Of a DNA stretch of 12,973 nt, positions 1 through 6,709 are shown in pieces. Origin of the DNA: Deinococcales bacterium (GTDB taxonomy: Bacteria > Deinococcota > Deinococci > Deinococcales > JAAFIG01); assembly GCA_031414595.1 (NCBI GenBank), contig JANNVX010000030.1, forward strand, positions 1 to 12,973, in the 5' to 3' direction. Each line of letters begins with the position of its first letter. Position 1 is the stretch's first letter. Below the pieces are notes generated by a model. The model was not told the origin of the DNA. It did not search any database and was given only the letters and a program-made list of their open reading frames with translations. The position numbers and the translations under genes were made by a program.

Positions 1-103
1 CTTCTTGAAAGTATGGAAGTAAGGCTTGGAATTCTTTTTTGGTTAGTCCAGTCAGGGCTAAGAAGCGAGTTTTATTCTTGACGAGTTTGTCGTAATGCAG
101 CAC
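1..103 (-). CDS. Transposase N-terminus (partial; not in the ORF track)
   Basis: Manual translation from GTG at 103 gives MLHYDKLVKNKTRFLALTGLTKKEFQALLPYFQE. This matches the 'F.ALTGLT.EEF..LL..F' N-terminal pattern of IS5/ISL2-like transposases. Confidence 0.7.
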   Translation of the reverse strand, partial: MLHYDKLVKNKTRFLALTGLTKKEFQALLPYFQE

Positions 104-137
104 TCGAATAGTTTATCCTAATTTCCGATAACGTCTA
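1..137 (-). mobile_element. Left end of an IS5-like (ISL2-group/DDE_Tnp_4-type) insertion sequence, running off the window
   Basis: Transposase-like N-terminus at 1..103. It is preceded on the minus strand by TAAACT-N6-GTG and by a candidate terminal repeat (T)AGACGTTATCGGAAAT at about 121-137. The partner end is not visible. Confidence 0.6.
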
Positions 138-234
138 ATCATAAAAAAGAGAAGATTCCCTAACATTCCGTAAAATACAAAAAGAAAAATATTTATAGTT
201 GTCATTTGCTTAACTCACACGAGTTCCATTCCGC

Positions 235-255
235 GTAGGATGGGCTTTGCCCATC
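235..255 (+). repeat. REP-like hairpin GTAG-GATGGGC-TTT-GCCCATC, possibly also a terminator for the minus-strand operon
   Basis: Perfect 7-bp stem directly preceded by GTAG, the layout of RAYT-associated REPs. It lies about 50 bp downstream of the stop at 308. Confidence 0.55.
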
Positions 256-307
256 AATTTATAACCAACTATCTTCTATCCTTTTTCTCGAGCTTTGGCT
301 ATTTGCT

Positions 308-532
308 TTATGCAAACTCGAGTTCTGCTGACCTACCCGCACTTGGGTCTTGTTCCACCAATGCCCGCACCAAAGTCTCGAGCCGTAACGCTACACCCAT
401 ACTATGCGCTCTTAGCTCTTCACCATCGGGTAAATGATGAATATGGGTTGGGACTCCTTTAATCGTGACATGAACACCTTCCCTTGTGGTGATTTGGTAA
501 TCCATTTTGACTTCGTTGAGTATTTGACTCAT
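308..532 (-). CDS. Small YgiT-type-like partner (putative antitoxin) of the DUF4258 protein, 74 aa
   Basis: Start moved to ATG 532, which has AAGGAG upstream. VTIKGVP...GE resembles YgiT-type proteins that follow DUF4258 genes, but this protein has no cysteines. Confidence 0.6.
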   Translation of the reverse strand: MSQILNEVKMDYQITTREGVHVTIKGVPTHIHHLPDGEELRAHSMGVALRLETLVRALVEQDPSAGRSAELEFA

Positions 533-540
533 ATCGCTCC

Positions 541-855
541 TTAAATTGTGTGAACTGTAATCACTAAGAAGTTGTTGACCCAAGCCACTTTAGTACGAAT
601 CCAGCGTTCATCTGCTATTTTGTGTTCAAAGTTGATTCCTGGTATGCGTTTACCAGCATTTCGCGGCAAATCTTTACTGACTGGTGTTCCAACTAAAATG
701 GTTTCGAGAACGGCTACCAATGGAATTTTTTCTTTGTCAGCTTCTTCTTGGGCGTGTTGGCTAAATTGAATTTCTTGAAAAATAAGTGCTTCATGGATTG
801 CGTCCAGTTCTGATTGCAGTATTTCTGGTGTCGAAAAATTGAATGGGTTTCTCAT
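541..855 (-). CDS. DUF4258-like protein (putative RelE-fold toxin)
   Basis: IQFSQHAQEEA...I....V...I..G N-terminal pattern and C-terminal LVITV, both typical of DUF4258. Confidence 0.7.
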   Translation of the reverse strand: MRNPFNFSTPEILQSELDAIHEALIFQEIQFSQHAQEEADKEKIPLVAVLETILVGTPVSKDLPRNAGKRIPGINFEHKIADERWIRTKVAWVNNFLVITVHTI

Positions 856-869
856 ATTGCCTTTAATCT

Positions 870-1073
870 TTAATAAGGTCTTCTGAATTCTTGACTGGCT
901 ACGGCTGTTACTCGTAATGCTTCAACCATGCCTTCATCTAAATTAGAATCGTCATCGGCAAAACCATTGATTTGTAAAAGCCGTTCATATTCCTTGAGAA
1001 CAGCATTTAACCATTCGAGTTTTTTTGGTGACATCATTTCAATTTTCTGATGGAGTTGTTCTTTGATACTCAT
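870..1073 (-). CDS. Small hypothetical protein, DUF2281-like antitoxin-type N-terminus
   Basis: MSIKEQLHQKIEMMSPKKLEWL pattern. GAGGTG Shine-Dalgarno and a TACAAT -10 box (1092-1097) lie upstream. It is the first gene of a tight three-gene run. Confidence 0.55.
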   Translation of the reverse strand: MSIKEQLHQKIEMMSPKKLEWLNAVLKEYERLLQINGFADDDSNLDEGMVEALRVTAVASQEFRRPY

Positions 1074-1222
1074 GGTTTCACCTCGTCATTCATTGTAGCG
1101 CTTTTGTCTGGCTCGAGCTTTGGCTGCTCACTTTTGCTAGGTTCTTTCTATTCTTTTTCTCGAGTTTTAGATTTGGTTACTTGATTACGGCGCGGCAGAA
1201 GCGCTCGGGATTTAGGCGTAAG

Positions 1223-1263
1223 TTGTGCTGGGGTTTATACACAGGGTACGCTGTGGCATAAGC
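1223..1263 (+). repeat. Dispersed hairpin repeat, copy 1 (internally shortened)
   Basis: TTGTGCTGGGGTTTAT-ACACAGGGTACGCTGTGGCATAAGC. It directly abuts the PIN stop codon at 1264-1266. Confidence 0.8.
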
Positions 1264-1688
1264 CTAAGCATTCTCGAGTATTGCCAAAAAAGTTGTTGGG
1301 TCAATCACAATTGTCTGTCCTATCTTGCCAAGTGGTAATAAATGCCGTTTGTCGCTGCTTATAAGGTAGTCCGCTTGTCCATTTATTGCCATGCTTAACA
1401 AGTATTCATCTTTGCGGTCTGGAATACTTGGCTCGAGTCCAGTTGCATAAGGACTAACTTCTGTCCCTAAAGTCTTCATTTGCGTTATCAAGGTTTCGAC
1501 TCGAGTGCTTTAAGTCGGGTTATCAGCTTTGGGTATGTGGATACTTCCCGAATCTCAAAGAATTGGTGAGTGCTGTACAAAAGCACATAAGACCCATTCA
1601 TGAAGTGGTCAAGTATCTGTCCTTTTTCGGCTTGTGGAGCAAGTAAAGCACTAATAAAAACATTGGTGTCCAGTATTACGCGCTTCAT
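1264..1688 (-). pseudogene. PIN-domain toxin (TIGR00305/PIN_3-like) split by a 1-nt frameshift
   Basis: The N-half has RVILDTNVFISALL; the C-half has PDRKDEYLL...A..GQADYLISSDKRHLL. Adding one base near 1500 joins them into a 141-aa protein (...KALE-VETLITQMK...). Confidence 0.85.
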
Positions 1689-1915
1689 GCAGTGCCACGA
1701 ATGGCGGCTAAGGCTTCTTCGGCTAAAGCATCGGCTTGCTCTGGTGTTAAGTCCGCATTTACTTCGTCTGGCTCGAGAATAATTAGGCGGTTTCGTTCGA
1801 TGGCTTCTAAAGCTGCGAAGGCTCTGGTTATGGCATCTTCTCGAGTTATGCCTCGAGTGCTACGAATGGCATCCAAGCGGCTTAGATTATTAGAAGAAAC
1901 TTCAATCAGTGGCAT
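1685..1915 (-). CDS. RHH/CopG-like antitoxin
   Basis: 76 aa with a strand-helix-helix N-terminus (LIEVS..NLSRLDAI....GITREDAI). Its stop overlaps the PIN start as ATGA. Paralog of 3917..4156. Confidence 0.75.
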   Translation of the reverse strand: MPLIEVSSNNLSRLDAIRSTRGITREDAITRAFAALEAIERNRLIILEPDEVNADLTPEQADALAEEALAAIRGTA

Positions 1916-1950
1916 GGCTAAATTGTATAATAGTCTCCTCGAGATGTCTG
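1916..1950 (-). promoter_or_regulatory. Leaderless promoter CAGACA-N17-TACAAT-N6-ATG
   Basis: The same boxes and spacing recur at 4157-4191 while the spacer sequences differ. Confidence 0.7.
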
Positions 1951-1965
1951 TAGTTTGCGAACAGG

Positions 1966-2013
1966 CAGGGTACGCGACGGCATAAGCTCGAGCGGGAAGC
2001 TAGGCTCAGGGCA
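1966..2013 (+). repeat. Dispersed hairpin repeat, copy 2
   Basis: CAGGGTACGCGACGGCATAAGCTCGAGCGGGAAGCTAGGCTCAGGGCA aligns with 4241-4289. Confidence 0.85.
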
Positions 2014-2022
2014 AGGTACATC

Positions 2023-2057
2023 TTTACTTTCCATTGTGTTCATAATACTATGAACAC
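2023..2057 (+). promoter_or_regulatory. Promoter TTTACT-N17-TACTAT overlapped by a palindromic operator GTGTTCATA-N4-TATGAACAC
   Basis: Perfect 9-bp inverted repeat at 2036-2044/2049-2057, upstream of a toxin/HTH pair. Confidence 0.7.
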
Positions 2058-2064
2058 TGAAATT

Positions 2065-2457
2065 ATGGCAAACCGATTCTACTTAGCCCGTCACCCAAAC
2101 CGACTAAACGCAAAACACCCTTTAATTATCGAAGATTTCTTAGAAATTGCCAAGAGTTCCAAACGCATCTGCCTCAAAAAAATGATTGAAATGACCCAAG
2201 ATTTGTACCAAAACGGCTTGAACTCGAGATACCAAAAGCACCTCATCGGCGCGTTATTTGAACTCAAGGACAGAACCAAGGACGGTGGCGCGAGAGTTTA
2301 TTTTTTACGTTTAACAGACACCGAATTTGTACTGGGCAGAGCCGAATGCAAAAAAGAAACTGCGACCAACGAAACCATGCTGATTTCGCTACTCGATGTT
2401 CTCGAGGCAATAGAAACACCATTTGTAAAAGAAAGGAATAACCATGACCCAATTTAA
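2065..2457 (+). CDS. RelE/HigB (Gp49-like) toxin
   Basis: KHLIGALFELK...GGARVYF...VL..A..KK motif and toxin-first gene order. ATG 2050 falls inside the predicted -10 box, so ATG 2065 is preferred as start. Confidence 0.75.
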   Translation: MANRFYLARHPNRLNAKHPLIIEDFLEIAKSSKRICLKKMIEMTQDLYQNGLNSRYQKHLIGALFELKDRTKDGGARVYFLRLTDTEFVLGRAECKKETATNETMLISLLDVLEAIETPFVKERNNHDPI

Positions 2458-2848
2458 GCACCCGCGACTCCAAGCCCTAGCAGGACAAGCCAAACACGAC
2501 ATTCAAATACAGAACGCCCCACAAGGCTTACTCGAGACCAGCAACCCCAGAAAAATCGAAACGCAACTACAAGCAGCCCTAACCAACAAAGGCATTGGGC
2601 AATTATTACAACGCGCTCGGAAAAAACGTGGTTTAAGTTTGCGGGCGGCTGCCCAAGCCTCTGGGCGAAGCGCATCTCGAGTGGTGGCAATCGAAAAAGC
2701 CGATGTAGACCTAAAAATCAGCACGCTGGTACACATGGCGCAAGCCTTTGACTACGACATTGAAGTACGATTGATTGCCAAAGACAAAACGAGCGCCCTA
2801 CAAACACACTTGCCAAGTTGGGCTTTCACAGAAATTGACAATAACTAA
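2444..2848 (+). CDS. XRE-family HTH antitoxin (HigA-like)
   Basis: LQRARKKRGLSLRAAAQASGRSASRVVAIEK...ISTL HTH motif. AAGGA RBS; overlaps the toxin gene by 14 nt. Confidence 0.8.
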   Translation: MTQFKHPRLQALAGQAKHDIQIQNAPQGLLETSNPRKIETQLQAALTNKGIGQLLQRARKKRGLSLRAAAQASGRSASRVVAIEKADVDLKISTLVHMAQAFDYDIEVRLIAKDKTSALQTHLPSWAFTEIDNN

Positions 2849-2870
2849 AATTGTATGTACAATATACATA
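2835..2870 (+). promoter_or_regulatory. Near-consensus leaderless promoter TTGACA-N17-TACAAT-N6-ATG with overlapping palindromes
   Basis: TTGACA at 2835-2840, TACAAT at 2858-2863, ATG at 2870. Inverted repeats TTGTA-TG-TACAA and TATGTA-N5-TACATA overlap the -10 box. Confidence 0.8.
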
Positions 2871-3169
2871 TGAATTCAATACGGTTTGTTTGGGACGAGA
2901 ACAAAAACCGTAGCAACCAGCAAAAACATGATGGCATATCCTTTGAAGAAGCCCAAACAGTTTTTGAAGATGATTATGCTCGAGTAATAAACGACCCAGA
3001 CCACTCGAATGAAGAAGACCGTTTTATTATCTTAGGATTTAGCGCCCAAGTGCGTTTATTGGTGGTCTGCCATTGCTACCGCGAAGAGAATGCGCTTATT
3101 CGTCTGATCTCTGCCCGCAAAGCCACCAAGATTGAAAGGAGTTTTTATGAACGATACCGAGATGCGTAA
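2870..3169 (+). CDS. brnT: BrnT-family toxin
   Basis: F.WDENKN..N..KH.GISFEEA..VF.D, HS..EDRF..LG and IRLISARKAT..ER..YE motifs. Confidence 0.92.
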   Translation: MNSIRFVWDENKNRSNQQKHDGISFEEAQTVFEDDYARVINDPDHSNEEDRFIILGFSAQVRLLVVCHCYREENALIRLISARKATKIERSFYERYRDA

Positions 3170-3368
3170 AGAGTACAACTTCGAGAATTCAGTTTCTAAT
3201 CCGTACACAAAAACCAAAAAGGCAATCACCATTCGGCTCGAGCCACAAGCCATTGCCTATTTTAAGGAAATGTCGGTTGAGTTAGGATTGCCATATCAGA
3301 CTTTGATCAATATGTTCTTGACCCAATGCGCTCTCGAGCAAAAACGCCCAAAATTGGTCTGGCAGTAG
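3147..3368 (+). CDS. brnA: BrnA/CopG-like antitoxin
   Basis: MRKEYNF....NPY...K..ITIRL....I.YFK......G.PYQTLIN motif. AGGAG precedes ATG 3147 (alternative start 3162). Confidence 0.85.
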   Translation: MNDTEMRKEYNFENSVSNPYTKTKKAITIRLEPQAIAYFKEMSVELGLPYQTLINMFLTQCALEQKRPKLVWQ

Positions 3369-3432
3369 CTCATTTCTTGGTTGTTCTGGGCTGCGAGATT
3401 GGCCACTCGAGGCGGGGGTGAGAAAAGCCGAA

Positions 3433-3502
3433 ATTGTGCTAGGGTTTGTACCACCATTCATGCGAGAAGACACAGGGTACGCAACGGCGTAAGCTCGAGC
3501 AG
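3433..3502 (+). repeat. Dispersed hairpin repeat, copy 3
   Basis: 61/70 ungapped identity to 4201-4270 by hand alignment, with the last 37 nt identical. Confidence 0.95.
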
Positions 3503-3521
3503 TAAAAATGCAAACCCGAGC

Positions 3522-3920
3522 CTAAACAGTCAAGACTTTAAGCCCATCCACACCCAAAAAATCATTTTTATCCGCCGTCAAAAGCAACAACCCAGAACTC
3601 AGAGCAGTGGCAGCTATCCAAGCATCCGCCGCCGAAATTGGATAGCCATTCTTCTTGGCGCTGACTGTGGCTTTAACCCAGTTTTGTGTGACAACATCAT
3701 TATGTGACAAAAAACCAAAACGATTAGCAAGAAATCGGTCTAATTTGGCTTGTCTGGACTTTGACCAACCAGCAGACCAGACCATTAACTCGGCATACGT
3801 CTGAAACGAAATAATGGTTCTTCTGCTTTCAACTGCCAAGCGATACGGTTCTGACTGTGGTTTATTGCGAAACAAGTAACTCACGACATTGGTATCCACA
3901 AGAACAGCCTGTGGTGTCAC
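3522..3920 (-). CDS. vapC: VapC-like PIN-domain ribonuclease toxin
   Basis: VLVDTNVVSY, T.AEL, ISAADAWIAATA and LLTADKNDF motifs, with the acidic residues intact. GTGA overlap with the antitoxin. Confidence 0.9.
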   Translation of the reverse strand: MTPQAVLVDTNVVSYLFRNKPQSEPYRLAVESRRTIISFQTYAELMVWSAGWSKSRQAKLDRFLANRFGFLSHNDVVTQNWVKATVSAKKNGYPISAADAWIAATALSSGLLLLTADKNDFLGVDGLKVLTV

Positions 3921-4156
3921 TGTGTTACCTCAATATCCTCAAATTCGGGTGCATCAGGGTCAGTATCTTTGATTGCTTCTTCCCAATGAAAAATAGGGGC
4001 ATTCAAAATAGCGGTTCGGGTTGCCTCGTCCAAATGGGCATACTGTGCAGCTTCCAAGGCTTGCTCGAGGACAGCTTCACGGCTTAGACCTGTGGCGTTT
4101 TGAATCGCATCCAAGCGGCTTAGGTTATCAGGTGAAAGTTCAATCATCGTAGGCAT
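3917..4156 (-). CDS. RHH/CopG-like antitoxin
   Basis: MIELSPDNLSRLDAIQNATGLSREAVL N-terminus and an acidic tail; coupled to the PIN gene. Confidence 0.75.
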   Translation of the reverse strand: MPTMIELSPDNLSRLDAIQNATGLSREAVLEQALEAAQYAHLDEATRTAILNAPIFHWEEAIKDTDPDAPEFEDIEVTQ

Positions 4157-4191
4157 GAGCGAATTGTATAACAGTTTGATTCGGCTGTCTG
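4157..4191 (-). promoter_or_regulatory. Leaderless promoter CAGACA-N17-TACAAT-N6-ATG
   Basis: Same boxes and spacing as 1916-1950. Confidence 0.7.
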
Positions 4192-4200
4192 TATTTTCTG

Positions 4201-4289
4201 ATTGTGCTACCTTTTATGCTACCATTTGTGCGCGAAGACACAGGGTACGCAACGGCGTAAGCTCGAGCAGGACGCTAGGCTCGAGGGCA
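4201..4289 (+). repeat. Dispersed hairpin repeat, copy 4 (longest)
   Basis: Matches copy 3 over 70 nt and copy 2 over its 3' 49 nt. Confidence 0.95.
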
Positions 4290-4299
4290 TGGGATGGGT

Positions 4300-4333
4300 G
4301 ATTACGGTTTGATTACGGTTTGTGGTTTAAGCT
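4300..4333 (+). promoter_or_regulatory. Activator-type promoter GATTACG-N4-GATTACG-N10-TAAGCT
   Basis: Heptamers at 4300 and 4311 (11-bp period) and a -10-like box at 4328-4333. Same geometry as 10574-10607. Confidence 0.75.
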
Positions 4334-4382
4334 ATAGAAAATAGACTACCAAAGCAATAAGGCTAGGTCTTGAGGAGAGTGT

Positions 4383-6125
4383 ATGAGTGTTCCTGTAGAT
4401 ACATCTATAATTCCAAGTACGATTGAACATACTGCATCAAAAACTTGGACAATTTTAGTTTATTTACATGCCGACCATGATTACGGTTTACATGGAGGGG
4501 AAGAAGTTTTTGAGCTTTTGAAACAGGTTGGCTATAGTAAAGATTTTAAAATAGTTTTACAGTGGGACAAATTGTATGGAGATGCGAAACGGGGTTTAAT
4601 AGATTCAAATGGTTTTGTTAATGAAGTTAATGCTCCTGAAAATTTTGATGACCCAGAAACTCTAGTAGACTTTATCAAGTGGGGTGTAAGTCACTCTGCG
4701 GATTATTTTGGTCTGATTCTATGGGATCATGGAGGTAACTGGCTTAATGGATTCGGTGGAGATAAAAACCCTGGTGGAAATTCATCCATGAAAGTACGAG
4801 CATTGACAACGGCTATTAAGTCAGCAATAAAATCAAATTTTAGATTTATTGGTATGGATGCGTGTTTAATGGGCAGCTTAGAAATGTGTATTGAATTTAA
4901 GGGATTAACCGATTTATACATTGCAAATGCAGAAATGTATTATGGCTATGGCTGGGACTACAAAGAGACCCTTTGCTACCTTAAAAATAATCCAGATATA
5001 CCAATGAATGATTTTGCAATTCAGGAAAGCGAATTTTGGTTGGAATACCAAAAAAGAATTAAACAAACAAATTATTTTTATGCACATGCAGCTTACGATT
5101 TAACAAAACTAGATATTCTTTTAGCATCAATCAATTGTTTTGTTCCGCAATTAATCAACCAATTTGACTTATTAAAAGAAATTAGAACCCAAGTGATTAC
5201 TTATTCTAACATCAAAGAAACAGGAAAAATATATTCTTTTTCCTCTTATATAGATATTTTGCATTTTTTCTCTCTTTTACGCAAAAAATTGCAGAATAAT
5301 AGTTTGTTAAATGCAATTATTGACGGCATAAATCTATTGGTAGTACAAAAATCTAAAAAAAGTAAAATAAGTTTAGAAATAAGCGGTTGTTTGAGTATTT
5401 GGATGCCAACAATCAATCAGAAAAATAGTTTGGATGAGTATTTAATAAATTATCAAAATTACTTTGACTGGTGTATTTTTATCAAAGAATGGTTTAAGTT
5501 TACTAATTTAAACCCAGTCGACCTCTTTGAAGGAATTATAGAAGATAGTCAAATTTCGCGTGTAAATGGGGCTATAATATTAAAATTTAGACCGTTTAGT
5601 TTTGCAAAAATCGCTAGATTTTATTGTGCAATTATAGATCAAAACTTAAATTACATAATTCAAACACAAATCTTAAAAGAATCAAATAATGATTTTGGAA
5701 TAATATGGGATAAAAAAGTATTTGTTTTGAATGGCTATAAAACTACATTTTTTTACGAGATTGATGGTGAAGAAAATTTTTCAAGTAAGGTGACTTTTTT
5801 ACATCAAGAAGTAAATGGTTCTGTAAAAATTAAAAAAGATGATAACAACGGGTATTTTGTTGATAAAGTCTTAAATGATGAAGAAATGACACCAAAAGAA
5901 ATAAGTATTGGTATGGAAGAAAAAATACTCCCAATATACTACACATTTTTTGAAAATACTGATAATATAATTGAGCATAAAAATCAGAACCCAACCATTA
6001 TTGGCAATTTTTATTCAGTAAAAAGTCGGGCAGGAAATACTTCGCAAATAATGAGGCTTATTATTGTTGATTGGAGTGGTAGGTCTTTCTCAAAAGAAAT
6101 AGAAATACCAATGAACGAAGGTTGA
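4383..6125 (+). CDS. Clostripain-family (peptidase C11, clan CD) cysteine peptidase with an uncharacterised C-terminal region
   Basis: WTILVYL.AD, YFGLILWDHGG.W (catalytic His), FIGMDACLMG..E (catalytic Cys) and GW.Y motifs. GAGGAG RBS. No evident signal peptide. Confidence 0.9.
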   Translation: MSVPVDTSIIPSTIEHTASKTWTILVYLHADHDYGLHGGEEVFELLKQVGYSKDFKIVLQWDKLYGDAKRGLIDSNGFVNEVNAPENFDDPETLVDFIKWGVSHSADYFGLILWDHGGNWLNGFGGDKNPGGNSSMKVRALTTAIKSAIKSNFRFIGMDACLMGSLEMCIEFKGLTDLYIANAEMYYGYGWDYKETLCYLKNNPDIPMNDFAIQESEFWLEYQKRIKQTNYFYAHAAYDLTKLDILLASINCFVPQLINQFDLLKEIRTQVITYSNIKETGKIYSFSSYIDILHFFSLLRKKLQNNSLLNAIIDGINLLVVQKSKKSKISLEISGCLSIWMPTINQKNSLDEYLINYQNYFDWCIFIKEWFKFTNLNPVDLFEGIIEDSQISRVNGAIILKFRPFSFAKIARFYCAIIDQNLNYIIQTQILKESNNDFGIIWDKKVFVLNGYKTTFFYEIDGEENFSSKVTFLHQEVNGSVKIKKDDNNGYFVDKVLNDEEMTPKEISIGMEEKILPIYYTFFENTDNIIEHKNQNPTIIGNFYSVKSRAGNTSQIMRLIIVDWSGRSFSKEIEIPMNEG

Positions 6126-6172
6126 AGTATCATTCTTTAGCAATGGCAGTGTTAGTGTACCTTGGAGGAAAT

Positions 6173-6703
6173 ATGAATTCTGGCAATGAACCCTTAAAAT
6201 TCGTTCAATTAGATGATGGTTTCTTAGGTATTCAAATTGATAAGTTCCATACCGTTTATGTTTATCGTTGTATGTTGCACGGGCAAGAGCTTGGTTTTGT
6301 ATATTCACAAAATGGTCAACGTAGAACTATTCCTTTTCGCAATGACCTACTAGGGCAGACTTATCTGTTTGGTCAGCTATTAACAGGTGACTACCGTGAA
6401 GAAGTTTTGACTTTATTATGCCCTTGGAAGCCTGTATTGCAGCATAAAAGTAGTTGGCATACAGCCACATACGAAGGTGAGAATTTTGAAAAAACGGGAA
6501 AATTATTTTCTTATCCAGATGACAAACCAGAGATTCTACAAGATTTATATCATGTTAGATATAAAAACTGGCAATTGTATACGTTCGCATATGATACTAG
6601 CCTAATTAACCGCTCTATTGATGGTCTCTGGATGCGTGTACGTTACGATATTAAATATCTTGTAGAAGATGGTGGTACTCCACCAGCAGGTATTGGTCCG
6701 TAA
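6173..6703 (+). CDS. Hypothetical protein (176 aa from ATG 6173; alternative TTG 6122)
   Basis: Open frame with GGAGG upstream of ATG 6173. No family recognised. Confidence 0.7.
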   Translation: MNSGNEPLKFVQLDDGFLGIQIDKFHTVYVYRCMLHGQELGFVYSQNGQRRTIPFRNDLLGQTYLFGQLLTGDYREEVLTLLCPWKPVLQHKSSWHTATYEGENFEKTGKLFSYPDDKPEILQDLYHVRYKNWQLYTFAYDTSLINRSIDGLWMRVRYDIKYLVEDGGTPPAGIGP

Positions 6704-6709
6704 ATCACT

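Noticed and set aside
1175-1190. Third GATTACG site at 1183-1189
   Set aside because: Single heptamer; the nearby GGTTAC is 8 bp away rather than 11, and there is no matching -10 box or downstream plus-strand gene.
240-4087. Short alternative ORFs (240..437, 572..769, 1600..1782, 1692..1985, 2091..2736 minus set, 3056..3473 minus set, 3381..3707, 3857..4087)
   Set aside because: They overlap better-supported TA genes on the opposite strand or run through repeats, and carry no motifs.
1223-4289. CRISPR array or canonical integron interpretation of the repeats
   Set aside because: Spacing is 0.7-1.5 kb with whole operons between copies. There are no cas genes, no integrase and no attC R-box pattern.
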